Assembly (NCBI GenBank): GCA_018883125.1
Contig: VEQR01000003.1
Span: 178 to 64,177 of the forward strand
Direction: 5' to 3'
DNA: 64,000 bases
DNA from: Candidatus Kapaibacterium sp.
GTDB lineage: Bacteria > Bacteroidota > Ignavibacteria > Kapaibacteriales > Kapaibacteriaceae
Shown here: positions 1 through 8,410 of the stretch, piece by piece
Layout: each line of letters starts with the position of its first letter
Numbering within the stretch: position 1 is the first letter of the stretch
Translations under genes and position numbers: made by a program
The notes under the pieces: model-generated
The model's input: the letters and a program-made list of their open reading frames with translations, nothing else
The model's database searches: none
Told to the model about the DNA's origin: nothing

Positions 1-194
1 TCAGGCGAGCCATAGCGAGTGCTCGTGCGGTGACGCACTTCCACAAAAACAAGGGTATTGCCCGATCGGGCGACAATGTCGATCTCACCGATCTTCTTGA
101 AGTAGAAGTTGCGTTCGACGATCTCGTAGCCCAATTGCTCAAGATGACGCACGGCAATGTCCTCGGCCCATCGTCCTTCTTCGACGGTACTCAT
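1..194 (-). CDS. YraN family (UPF0102) endonuclease-like protein, partial (C-terminus runs off the left edge)
   Basis: My own translation of the minus strand from ATG (cat at 192-194) gives MSTVEEGRWAEDIAVRHLEQLGYEIVERNFYFKKIGEIDIVARSGNTLVFVEVRHRTSTRYGSP. The GEIDIVA...LVFVEV(K/R)xR pattern is typical of YraN/UPF0102. This ORF is not in the supplied track because it is truncated. Confidence 0.6.
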   Translation of the reverse strand, partial: MSTVEEGRWAEDIAVRHLEQLGYEIVERNFYFKKIGEIDIVARSGNTLVFVEVRHRTSTRYGSP

Positions 195-220
195 GAAAAG
201 ACTCCCGATATTGTGTGATT

Positions 221-811
221 ATGATCGCACAGCTCACAGGCCTTGTTGCCCACAAAGACGCTATGGACGTCGTCATCGACTGTCAAGGTGTAGGCTATGC
301 CGTCAGCGTATCGCTGACCACTGCTGATATAGTGCCGAATGTGGGCGATCGCGTGACTCTCTACACGATCCTTGCCGTGCGAGAAGATGCCATGCAGCTC
401 TTTGGGTTCGCCAGCACGGCAGAGCGTGCTATGTTCACGCTGCTAACGTCGATCCAGGGCATCGGTGGCAAAACTGCGCTGGGCATCTTGTCGACCGCCT
501 CCATTGCAGACCTTCGAAAGGCTGTGGCAACCGGTAACGTGGCTGCCCTGCAACGTCTGCCCGGCATCGGCAAGAAGACGGCCGAACGCCTCGTGGTCGA
601 ACTCCGTGAAAAGGTCATCGCCATCGTGCCGGAAGGAGCCCCAACGGCCGACATCCCATCGACCCGCGCCACCGAAGACGCCATCAGCGCACTGATGGCC
701 CTGGGCTTTGCCCGCACCGCGGCCGAACGCTCCGTGGCCACCGCCGTCTCAGCCGACCCATCGCTGGTGGACTCGCCGGAGCAACTCATCCGCGCCGCAC
801 TCAGGAGCTAA
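221..811 (+). CDS. ruvA: Holliday junction branch migration protein RuvA
   Basis: MIAQLTGLV...DCQGVGY...LYT...REDAMQLFGF...ERAMFTLLTSIQGIGGKTALGILS matches the RuvA N-terminal OB fold plus HhH motifs. The ATG is at 221; the track starts at a GTG at 215. Confidence 0.9.
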   Translation: MIAQLTGLVAHKDAMDVVIDCQGVGYAVSVSLTTADIVPNVGDRVTLYTILAVREDAMQLFGFASTAERAMFTLLTSIQGIGGKTALGILSTASIADLRKAVATGNVAALQRLPGIGKKTAERLVVELREKVIAIVPEGAPTADIPSTRATEDAISALMALGFARTAAERSVATAVSADPSLVDSPEQLIRAALRS

Positions 812-816
812 GAGCG

Positions 817-939
817 CCGCTTCGCGGCGGGAAGTCTGCGACGGGACGCTGGCGCGGGAAGCCGCTTCGCGGCGGGAAGTCTGCGACGGGACGCTTGCGA
901 CGGGAAGCCGCTTCGCGGTGGGAAGTCTGCGACGGGAAG
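817..939. repeat. GC-rich tandem array with a 9-bp sub-period; 45-bp higher-order unit CCGCTTCGCGGCGGGAAG-TCTGCGACGGGACGCTGGCGCGGGAAG, about 2.7 copies
   Basis: Direct reading shows GGGAAG recurring at spacings of 27, 18, 27, 18 and 15 nt. The array starts 6 nt after the ruvA stop and ends 2 nt before the stop of the minus-strand gene at 942. Confidence 0.95.
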
Positions 940-941
940 CG

Positions 942-1373
942 CTATTTGTTCTTTGGCGTTATTGTTCTCCACGCTCGACGTTTGGCGATTCGCTCTCGGA
1001 ATGGCCCCTGATAGTTTGGTTCTCGTTCCATTTGTGCATTTGCCAGCTCAATGATCCCGATGGAAAGCTGCTTGCACTTTTGAATCAGTTTCCGATGTAG
1101 CTCCTCGTCGATGATGCCGCGGTTTAGAGCCCTATCAAGACAATTCAGAGTCTCTTGCGTCGAACCTTCAGCATACATGTAGAGCTGCAGTCGTTCCCCG
1201 ATTGCCACACGTCCGTATCCTTCAGCAATGTTGTTGGAAATCGAATCAGCAGCTCTCACAATCTGTTGGCCGAGTGTTCTCTTATGGAACTCCGGCCAGT
1301 TACAGACGAGGTTGGACACGGCATCAGAAAGATCAGTGGCGATCCCATATATGCGAAGTGATCGTATCGACAT
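942..1373 (-). CDS. Four-helix-bundle protein of the 23S rRNA intervening-sequence protein family (TIGR02436 / PF05635-like, Avd-related fold)
   Basis: From the internal ATG (cat at 1371-1373) the product is 143 aa: MSIRSLRIYGIATDLSDAVSNLVCNWPEFHKRTLGQQIVRAADSISNNIAEGYGRV...YMYAEGSTQETLNCLDRA. It carries the family signature Q..RAa.SI..NIAEG...GS..E. The upstream part of track ORF 942..1820 is translated repeat (REAAS)n, which I discard. Confidence 0.8.
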   Translation of the reverse strand: MSIRSLRIYGIATDLSDAVSNLVCNWPEFHKRTLGQQIVRAADSISNNIAEGYGRVAIGERLQLYMYAEGSTQETLNCLDRALNRGIIDEELHRKLIQKCKQLSIGIIELANAQMEREPNYQGPFRERIAKRRAWRTITPKNK

Positions 1374-1438
1374 GATTCGGTCTCCCTTTTTGTGCCCTAG
1401 TGCAAGAACGACCGCGGAACGTGACACCCAACCATAAG

Positions 1439-1600
1439 CGCCGCGAAGCGGCTTCCCGCGCCAGCTTCCCGCCGCGCAGCGGCTTCCCGTCGCAGACTTC
1501 CCGCTGCAAGCTTCCCGCCGCGAAGCGGCTTCCCGCCGCGAAGCGGCTTCCCGCCGCGAAGCGGCTTCCCGCCGCGAAGCGGCTTCCCGCTGCAAGCGCC
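1439..1600. repeat. GC-rich tandem array, unit CTTCCCGCCGCGAAGCGG (18 bp), which is the reverse complement of the 817-939 unit
   Basis: Direct reading shows four perfect consecutive 18-mers at about 1511-1582 plus diverged units. CTTCCCGTCGCAGA is the reverse complement of TCTGCGACGGGAAG in the left array. The array ends about 22 nt before the ATG at 1623. Confidence 0.95.
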
Positions 1601-1622
1601 CCACGCAGTATCTTCGCACATC

Positions 1623-2705
1623 ATGTGGAGATACCTGCTTAAGCGCATTGCGCTGTTCTTGCCAACACTCGTGATCATCACGATCATTTCGTTCGCCGTT
1701 AGCCGTCTGGCACCGGGAGATCCGGCCGCTGCAAAGGTGGGCCAAGGGTCGGATGGGAGCATGGGTGGACGCAGCACACTGAACGAGAAGACGATTGAAC
1801 TCATCCGTAAGCAGTGGCACCTGGATAAGCCGATCTGGCAGCAGTATATGATCTGGACAGGGGGCTTGCTGTGCTTCGATATGACCGAGGTATTTACCGA
1901 AAAGGGTACAAACTGGTCGGTAGCCTCGTTTACCGGACGTCCGGACTTCGGAAAGTCATTCATTGACAACCGTCCGGTGTTTGACAAGATGATCGAGCGT
2001 GTGCCCGTGACGCTGATCATGAACCTGCTGGCCATCATCATTGCCTACTCGATCGCCGTCCCGCTCGGTATCTACAGTTCCACGCATCCGGGGACGACCA
2101 CTGATAGGGTGACGACATTCATTCTGTTTGCGATGTACTCGCTACCCGTGTTCTGGATCGGCACGCTTGCCCTGACGTTTCTGGCTAACCCCGAGTTCGT
2201 CTCCATCTTCCCGTCAAGCGGACTACGCTCTCCGGCCTTTAGTGCGAACTGGTCTGCATGGAAGAAGCTCGCTGACTATTCGTGGCACCTTGCCTTGCCC
2301 CTTCTCGTGTACACATACGCCGATTTTGCCTTCATCTCGCGTCAGATGCGCTCATCGATGCTTGAAGTCATCCGTCAGGATTATATCCGAACCGCGCGCG
2401 CAAAGGGGCTGAGTGAGCGTACGGTCATCTACCGGCATGCACTGCGCAATGCCCTTATTCCGCTCATCACGCTCGTGGCCGCGCTTATTCCGAATCTGAT
2501 TGGGGGCTCGGTGATCATCGAGTCGATCTTCTCGATCCCCGGCATGGGCGAACTTTCCTTCCGCGCGCTGATCTCCCGAGACTATCCGATGATCATGGCC
2601 GTGTTCACCGTGTCGGCTGTGCTGACGCTTGTCGGCATGCTCGTTGCGGATTCGTTGTATGCCCTTGTCGATCCGCGCATCTCGTTTGGGAAGAAGTCGT
2701 CATGA
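1623..2705 (+). CDS. ABC transporter permease (oligopeptide/dipeptide type, DppB/OppB-like)
   Basis: The N-terminus MWRYLLKRIALFLPTLVIITIISFAVSRLAPGDP is the classic OppB/DppB start. The BPD_transp_1 region reads IRTARAKGLSERTVIYRHALRNALIPLIT. Confidence 0.85.
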   Translation: MWRYLLKRIALFLPTLVIITIISFAVSRLAPGDPAAAKVGQGSDGSMGGRSTLNEKTIELIRKQWHLDKPIWQQYMIWTGGLLCFDMTEVFTEKGTNWSVASFTGRPDFGKSFIDNRPVFDKMIERVPVTLIMNLLAIIIAYSIAVPLGIYSSTHPGTTTDRVTTFILFAMYSLPVFWIGTLALTFLANPEFVSIFPSSGLRSPAFSANWSAWKKLADYSWHLALPLLVYTYADFAFISRQMRSSMLEVIRQDYIRTARAKGLSERTVIYRHALRNALIPLITLVAALIPNLIGGSVIIESIFSIPGMGELSFRALISRDYPMIMAVFTVSAVLTLVGMLVADSLYALVDPRISFGKKSS

Positions 2706-3760
2706 GTACATTCACCACAGCACAAACCGCTGCCAACGCCGCCGCAACCGAAGGGGAGAGCTACGGAGCCTTCGTCCGGCGTCAGTTCCGCAAGAGCTCA
2801 TTCGGTATGATCAGCGTCTGGATCGTTGCCACCATTGCGGTGGTAGCCATCTTCGCTGACGTTATTGCCAACGATAAGCCGATTGTCTGCTCAATCAAGA
2901 ACGAAACGCGCTTCCCAGTCTTCGTCGAATACGGCGTCACGCTCGGCATCACCACATGGGGCGCAGAGTTCGCCACGGCGGACTGGAAGACATTGCAGTA
3001 TGACTGGGCGGTGTGGCCACCGGTTCCGTTTGCTCCGAACAGCACAGACAAGAATCTCGTTACGCTGAAAGATAGAGCCCCCTCGTCAAAGCATTTTCTT
3101 GGAACCGATGGACTCGGAAGAGATGTGTTAGCAGGGATCATTCACGGGAGCCGCTATGCGCTCAGTATTGGCTTTATCGCCATGTCGATCGCGCTGACGA
3201 TCGGTATCATCCTTGGAGCCATTGCCGGCTTTTTCGGCGGCGTGGTCGACATTGTGATCTCGCGACTGATCGAGATCGTTATCACGTTTCCACGCTTCTT
3301 TCTCATCATCACCATCGTTGCCCTCGTCGAGCAGGGCTCACTCTGGCTGATCATGGGGCTTATCGGCCTGACCGGCTGGACGTCGATAGCGCGCTTCATG
3401 CGTGGCGAGGTGCTGCGCGTTCGCAACCTTGATTACATCGCCGCCGCCACCGCCCTGGGCTACTCTACGCCGCGCGTCATCTTCCGTCATGTCATTCCAA
3501 ACGCCATCGCTCCGGTGCTGATCTATGCGGCCTTTGGCATCGTTAGCGCCATCCTGTTCGAGAGTGCGCTCTCATTTCTCGGCTTCGGCGTTCCTCCCAC
3601 GGTTGTTACCTGGGGAAGCGTACTGCAGGCAGCCCGCTCCAGTACCGCTTCGTGGTGGCTGGCGATCTTCCCGGGACTGATGATCTTCATCACCGTTAGC
3701 GCCTTTAACCTTATCGGCGACGCACTGCGCGATGCTACGGATCCGAGACTGAGAAGCTAG
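2702..3760 (+). CDS. ABC transporter permease (DppC/OppC-like)
   Basis: It has a 4-nt ATGA overlap with the upstream permease. Motifs HFLGTDGLGRDVL and AATALGYSTPRVIFRHVIPNAIAPVLI are typical of OppC/DppC. Confidence 0.85.
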   Translation: MSTFTTAQTAANAAATEGESYGAFVRRQFRKSSFGMISVWIVATIAVVAIFADVIANDKPIVCSIKNETRFPVFVEYGVTLGITTWGAEFATADWKTLQYDWAVWPPVPFAPNSTDKNLVTLKDRAPSSKHFLGTDGLGRDVLAGIIHGSRYALSIGFIAMSIALTIGIILGAIAGFFGGVVDIVISRLIEIVITFPRFFLIITIVALVEQGSLWLIMGLIGLTGWTSIARFMRGEVLRVRNLDYIAAATALGYSTPRVIFRHVIPNAIAPVLIYAAFGIVSAILFESALSFLGFGVPPTVVTWGSVLQAARSSTASWWLAIFPGLMIFITVSAFNLIGDALRDATDPRLRS

Positions 3761-3794
3761 CACCCGTCATTCCCGCGAAAGCGAGAATCCAGTT

Positions 3795-3960
3795 ACGAGA
3801 GACGAGAGACAAGAGACAAGAGACGAGAGACGGATCGTCCTTAATAGCCCCGGGCCTTGGCCCGGGGAACAAGAGACAAGAGACGGATCGTCCTTAATAG
3901 CCCCGGGCCTTGGCCCGGGGAACGAGAGACGAGAGACGGCAGCGTAATCAGTCATCAGTC
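3795..3960. repeat. Composite array: (G/A)AGAGAC heptamers plus two copies of a 53-bp module containing the hairpin CCCCGGGCCTTGGCCCGGGG (3848-3867 and 3901-3920), followed by a short GTCATCA stub
   Basis: Direct reading shows a hairpin-to-hairpin spacing of exactly 53 bp. The module is AAGAGACAAGAGACGGATCGTCCTTAATAG-hairpin-AAC. Confidence 0.95.
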
Positions 3961-3999
3961 ATTCGCACGCAGATCATCAGGCGCGCCGTAGTTTCGCAC

Positions 4000-4836
4000 A
4001 TGCTCCTCATTATTCCGGCAATCGATCTGGCCAATGGGCAGGCGCTGCGATGCATTCGTGGTGTGCCAGGGACCGAGGAGTTGTACTCACAGATCAGTGA
4101 GCAGCCGGTGGAGCTGGCGCAGCTCTGGCGTCGAGAAAATGCCAAGTGCCTGCACGTCACGGATGTCGACTCCTGGAAGGGGCAGCCATCGGAGGTCAAT
4201 GACCGCATGGTGGTTCAGATGCAGAAGTCCGTGGACGTGCCCGTGCAGTATGTGACGCGACGGTCGAAGGTTGACGCCTACCGTTTACTGCTGGAGCAGG
4301 GCGTGTATCGGGTTGCCCTGAACGTTGTCGTGTGGACCGACCCCGAGGGCGTCCGCCAGCTTCTGCAGCAGTATGGTCCGAGTCGCGTCATCTTTGGCAT
4401 TCGCGCCCACGAAGGCAAGATCGAACTCGGTGACGGAGCAGGCACGGTAAGCGACGAGGATTTCATTCGTCGCGTAGAATCCATCGGTGGAAAAAGGCTC
4501 CTCTATACCGAGGTTGACTGGGAAGGAAACCTAACTGGTGAAGACCTTGCAACCATCCGAAGGGTGGCTGCCATAGCGCCCCTTCGCATGACCATGGCAG
4601 GGGGCATTGCATCGCCGCAGCAGCTATGGTCGTTGCAGCAGGACGTGCCGAGGAACGTGGACTCGGTAGTGATCGGACGTGCGATGTACGAGAATAGGTT
4701 TCCGTGTCAAGGAATGTGGCGCGATATAGAAGCACAGGTTGAGCCAATTATCCATAAGCGAGCTCACACCATCAGTGAGCAATCATCGCTCACTGAATCC
4801 GATACACCAACTCCGCCGACACCAGCAACAGATTGA
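4000..4836 (+). CDS. HisA/HisF family (beta/alpha)8-barrel protein (ProFAR isomerase-like), orphan
   Basis: MLLIIPAIDLANGQALRCIRG...LHVTDVDS...GGIAS... matches the HisA-type N-terminus and phosphate-binding motifs. The ATG is at 4000; the track ORF begins earlier, inside the repeat. The product has a Pro/Thr-rich C-terminal tail. Confidence 0.6.
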   Translation: MLLIIPAIDLANGQALRCIRGVPGTEELYSQISEQPVELAQLWRRENAKCLHVTDVDSWKGQPSEVNDRMVVQMQKSVDVPVQYVTRRSKVDAYRLLLEQGVYRVALNVVVWTDPEGVRQLLQQYGPSRVIFGIRAHEGKIELGDGAGTVSDEDFIRRVESIGGKRLLYTEVDWEGNLTGEDLATIRRVAAIAPLRMTMAGGIASPQQLWSLQQDVPRNVDSVVIGRAMYENRFPCQGMWRDIEAQVEPIIHKRAHTISEQSSLTESDTPTPPTPATD

Positions 4837-5353
4837 GCTGGTTGGACGTCGCAAGAGTCATCCAGCGTCCTGATATGCTAAAGTCCAGCCGATCGGACAG
4901 GGGAATGAACGTCCCGAGATGCAGGCCATAGGCAGCCCCCAGTGTGGTGGCAAACACGGATGCCGCTGTGAGCGAATCCGGCGGACTCAGGAAGCCAAAG
5001 CCCACTTCACCTCCGACAAATGGAGACCAGCCATGTTTGAGTGGACGCCATGTGGCAGTGGCCGTGATCTGGGTGATCGACAAGGGTCCCGGAGCAACAG
5101 TAGGCCGCGGAGCATTCCCGGTTGAAGGTGTCATCCATGACCCTCCGATACCCAGCAGGACGGTGCGCGACGGAGACCAGATGTAGCGCAGGTCGAACTG
5201 CACCGCAGAGCTCAGGCCCGTTGAGTCGGCCAAGGGGCCTGATGGGCACGCAATCCGGGCCGACCCCGACACATAGCTGCGTGCCGACTGCGCCAGCAGA
5301 GTCGGGCCGGAAAGGAGAATCAAGAGGCCGATGACGTATCGAAACCGAAGCAT
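4790..5353 (-). CDS. Putative outer-membrane beta-barrel protein
   Basis: It has a signal peptide (MLRFRYVIGLLILLSGPTLLAQ), alternating hydrophobic beta-strand patterns, and a C-terminal LVSAELVYRIQ. No specific family was recognised. Confidence 0.45.
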   Translation of the reverse strand: MLRFRYVIGLLILLSGPTLLAQSARSYVSGSARIACPSGPLADSTGLSSAVQFDLRYIWSPSRTVLLGIGGSWMTPSTGNAPRPTVAPGPLSITQITATATWRPLKHGWSPFVGGEVGFGFLSPPDSLTAASVFATTLGAAYGLHLGTFIPLSDRLDFSISGRWMTLATSNQLNLLLVSAELVYRIQ

Positions 5354-5472
5354 GTGATGTTGGCCGAGAGGGTGTTTTTCGATGATTCAAGATAGGGAAG
5401 CAAAGCGCGAATTCTCGTATGTTTGCCGCATTCACGGACAACCGTGGTCGAATGAAATCGTGAAGGACAGAC

Positions 5473-7248
5473 ATGCCCCAGATCATCATTGACGGACAGG
5501 TAGTCGAGGCAAAGGCCGGGCAGACGATCATTGAAGCTGCCCTCGAGAGCGGAAAGACCATCCCGCACTTCTGTTGGCACCCCGCATTGTCGGTTGCCGG
5601 CAATTGCCGCATGTGCCTGGTGAACGTCGGCACTCACAAGAAGGACACTGACGGATCGCTGATGTACAGCGATGATGGTGCTCCAGTTGTGAATTGGTTC
5701 CCGAAGATGCAGATCGCCTGCGCTACGCCAGTGTCGGACGGCATGATCGTTGACACGACGAGCCCGAAGACGGAGTCGGCCCAGAATGCCGTGATGGAAT
5801 TTCTGCTCATTAATCACCCGCTGGACTGTCCGATCTGCGACGAAGCGGGGCAGTGCAAGCTGCAGGAGTATGCATTCAATCACTCGAAGGGCAAAAGCCG
5901 CTTCGACGAAGAGAAGACTCACAAGGAAAAGCGTGTCGAACTTGGCCCGAACGTGATGTTCGATGGCGAGCGATGCATCTCTTGTTCGCGCTGTATCCGC
6001 TTTGCCGACGAGGTAGCCAAGCAGCCGGTGCTGTCGTTTGTGCAGCGGGGAGACAAGGTGACGATCCGCACGTTCCCGGGCACGACGTTCGACAGCGAGT
6101 ACTCGATGAATGTCATCGACATCTGTCCGGTGGGCGCCCTAACGAGCATCGACTTCCGCTTCAAGGCCCGTGTGTGGGAAATGTCGTTCACCGACAGCAT
6201 TTGCCCGGGCTGCGCTCGCGGCTGCAACATCAGCATCGGCGTTATGAATAACGAAGTGTTGCGTGCAGAGCCCCGTACCAACATGCACGTGAATACCTAC
6301 TGGATGTGTGACACCGGACGTTTGGCCGTGCCCGACATGGTCAACGATAACCGACTCACCTCCCCACAGATCCGTCGCAACGGCCAGCTGACCGATGTCT
6401 CGTGGACCGATGCGATTGATGCAGCTGCTGCCGCTCTCAAGGGGCTCAAGGGCAACGAGATCTTCGTGTTCGGATCGGCCAAGGCCTCTAATGAAGACAA
6501 TTTCCTCTTGGCCAAGCTTGCGCACGACGTACTGAAGACCGGCAACCTCGACTTCATCAAGCATAACGATCACACCTTCGGTGACGACATCCTGCGTTTG
6601 AATGACCGCGCCCCAAATGCTATCGGCGCTCATTCCGTTGGAATTGCTCCCAAGGATGGCGGTCATAGCGTTGAAGCCTTTGCCGGACGCGCCGCTCACG
6701 GAAGTATCAAGACTGTGATCGTACTCGGTGATGACCCCGCAGGCGTATCGACGGAACTCGCGCAGGCCCTTGCCGGCGTCGGTAACATCATTGTGATCGG
6801 CTCGCACAACACCGCCACAACCAAGCTTGCAACTGTTATTCTGCCACGCTCGACGTGGGCCGAAACCGACGGCACGTTCACCAACACCACGCACCGTGTG
6901 CAGCGCTTCCAGGCTGCGGTGGTGACCAAGGAGAACATGCGCTCGATGGGCATGAAGATGAGTCGGTGGGACAAGTTCGGTGCTCCGAACGACCGCTGGA
7001 CAAATGGCGAGCGGCGTGATTGCCGTCCAGCCTGGCGCATCATCAGTCAAATCGCCCATGCTCTCGGCGCATCGTGGAACTATGCTGGTGTTGCCTCTGT
7101 ATTCGCAGATATTGCAACCCACGTGGCCCCCTTCAAGGGCATGACGGTAGAGGGTCTCGAGGCCCATCAGGGACTGGTTCTTGGCAAGGGCACAGAGCCC
7201 GAGCCAAAGGGAGTCATTTACGAATCGCACGTACTGAAACCACAGTAA
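5473..7248 (+). CDS. nuoG: NADH-quinone oxidoreductase subunit G (short form)
   Basis: The N-terminus carries 2Fe-2S and 4Fe-4S cysteine clusters: HFCWHPALSVAGNCRMCLV, HPLDCPICDEAGQCKLQ, CISCSRCIRF and CPVGALT. These are followed by a molybdopterin-oxidoreductase-like domain. Confidence 0.85.
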   Translation: MPQIIIDGQVVEAKAGQTIIEAALESGKTIPHFCWHPALSVAGNCRMCLVNVGTHKKDTDGSLMYSDDGAPVVNWFPKMQIACATPVSDGMIVDTTSPKTESAQNAVMEFLLINHPLDCPICDEAGQCKLQEYAFNHSKGKSRFDEEKTHKEKRVELGPNVMFDGERCISCSRCIRFADEVAKQPVLSFVQRGDKVTIRTFPGTTFDSEYSMNVIDICPVGALTSIDFRFKARVWEMSFTDSICPGCARGCNISIGVMNNEVLRAEPRTNMHVNTYWMCDTGRLAVPDMVNDNRLTSPQIRRNGQLTDVSWTDAIDAAAAALKGLKGNEIFVFGSAKASNEDNFLLAKLAHDVLKTGNLDFIKHNDHTFGDDILRLNDRAPNAIGAHSVGIAPKDGGHSVEAFAGRAAHGSIKTVIVLGDDPAGVSTELAQALAGVGNIIVIGSHNTATTKLATVILPRSTWAETDGTFTNTTHRVQRFQAAVVTKENMRSMGMKMSRWDKFGAPNDRWTNGERRDCRPAWRIISQIAHALGASWNYAGVASVFADIATHVAPFKGMTVEGLEAHQGLVLGKGTEPEPKGVIYESHVLKPQ

Positions 7249-7252
7249 CACT

Positions 7253-8314
7253 ATGGCAATTCCTACCCATCTGCTGATCCCACTCATCCAGGCCGGTATC
7301 CTGGTGAATCTGATGCTCGTGGCTGCCGCCTACATGGTGTTGGCTGAGCGGAAGATTGCTGCCTGGATTCAGAATCGTGTTGGCCCGAACCGCGTTGGTC
7401 CGTGGGGCTTGTTCCAGTCGTTCGCCGACGTGTTCAAGCTGTACCTCAAGGAGGACGTTGTTCCTGCTGCGGCCGATTACCGATTCCACGCGCTTGCTCC
7501 GGTGATCTCCATCGGCGTGGCCATCACGGTTTATGCCATCATCCCGTTTTCCCCCGCATACGTTGTGGATGGGGTAGCGTACAGCCTGTCCATGGCACCG
7601 AATATGGACATCGGAATCCTGGCCGTTCTGGCCATGACGTCGGTAGGTGTGTACGGCGTTGCCCTTGCCGGATGGAGCTCCAATAGCAAGTATTCATTGC
7701 TCGGTGGGCTTCGCTCGGCGGCACAGATGATCTCGTACGAACTCTCGATGGGTCTGGCGATCATCGCCGTTGTGCTCGTAACAGGAACGCTGAACATCGT
7801 CAAGATGATCGACATGCAAACGGCCGGTGCTTGGAACATTTTCTATCAGCCCGTTGGCTTCATTCTGTTCCTCATCACTGCGCTTGCCGAGACCAACCGA
7901 GCCCCTTTCGACCTTCCCGAAGCAGAGCCCGAGCTTGTTGGTGGATACCACACGGAGTATTCGGGCATGAAGTTCGGTCTGCTCTACCTCGCTGAATACG
8001 CGAACATGCTGGCTTCGAGTGCTATCATGGCGGCAATGTACTTAGGGGGCTGGGATGCCATCCCATTCCTCGACGATGCAACGGTTCTTGGACTGCAAGC
8101 CGGTTCCATTCCGATGGTTCTGCTGGGTCATGTCGTATTCCTCAGCAAGGCATTTCTCCTTGTTTTTGTGTTCATCTGGGTGCGCTGGTCTCTTCCACGC
8201 TTCCGCTATGATCAGCTTATGAACCTCGGCTGGAAGATCCTGTTGCCACTGTCGCTTGTGAATGTGGTTGTCACAGGTCTCGTGATCTTTTTCCAGCAAT
8301 ACTTCAGCAAGTAA
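7253..8314 (+). CDS. nuoH: NADH-quinone oxidoreductase subunit H
   Basis: LAERKIAAWIQNRVGPNRVGPWGLFQSFADVFKL, ETNRAPFDLPEAEPELVGGYHTEYSGMKF and RWSLPRFRYDQLM are canonical NuoH/ND1 motifs. Confidence 0.93.
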   Translation: MAIPTHLLIPLIQAGILVNLMLVAAAYMVLAERKIAAWIQNRVGPNRVGPWGLFQSFADVFKLYLKEDVVPAAADYRFHALAPVISIGVAITVYAIIPFSPAYVVDGVAYSLSMAPNMDIGILAVLAMTSVGVYGVALAGWSSNSKYSLLGGLRSAAQMISYELSMGLAIIAVVLVTGTLNIVKMIDMQTAGAWNIFYQPVGFILFLITALAETNRAPFDLPEAEPELVGGYHTEYSGMKFGLLYLAEYANMLASSAIMAAMYLGGWDAIPFLDDATVLGLQAGSIPMVLLGHVVFLSKAFLLVFVFIWVRWSLPRFRYDQLMNLGWKILLPLSLVNVVVTGLVIFFQQYFSK

Positions 8315-8350
8315 CGTGAAATGAACGACTCGGTTTTCTGTGCACCCACC

Positions 8351-8410
8351 ACTCCGTACTTCCGTACTTCCGTACTTCCGTAATTCCGTAACTCCGTAAT
8401 TCCCTCCGCC
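8351..8410. repeat. 8-mer tandem array NNTCCGTA (CTTCCGTA x3, ATTCCGTA, ACTCCGTA and others), 6-7 units
   Basis: Direct reading places it inside the nuoH-nuoI spacer. It ends at the base immediately before the nuoI ATG at 8411. Confidence 0.95.

Noticed and set aside
942-1373. The four-helix-bundle protein as the Avd component of a diversity-generating retroelement.
   Set aside because: There is no reverse transcriptase gene, no template/variable repeat pair, and no target gene with a C-type-lectin-like variable region nearby. The flanking repeats are simple tandem arrays, not a TR/VR pair.
942-1820. The 292-aa track ORF with (REAAS)n repeats fused to the four-helix-bundle domain. The mirror ORFs 708..1100, 1400..1642 and 1397..2041 are the same kind of case.
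   Set aside because: The N-terminal extension is just the GC-rich 18-bp array read in frame (18 nt = 6 aa). A good ATG at 1373 gives a family-typical 143-aa protein. The other ORFs are repeat or antisense translations.
5007-7489. Long antisense or out-of-frame ORFs overlapping nuoG and the OM protein gene, for example 5007..5633(-), 5320..5922(-), 6139..7287(-) and 5853..6251(+).
   Set aside because: These are shadow ORFs typical of GC-rich coding DNA. The sense-frame products have unambiguous NuoG motifs, and the antisense translations are low-complexity (R/A/G/P-rich). The same reasoning applies to most other overlapping ORFs in the track.
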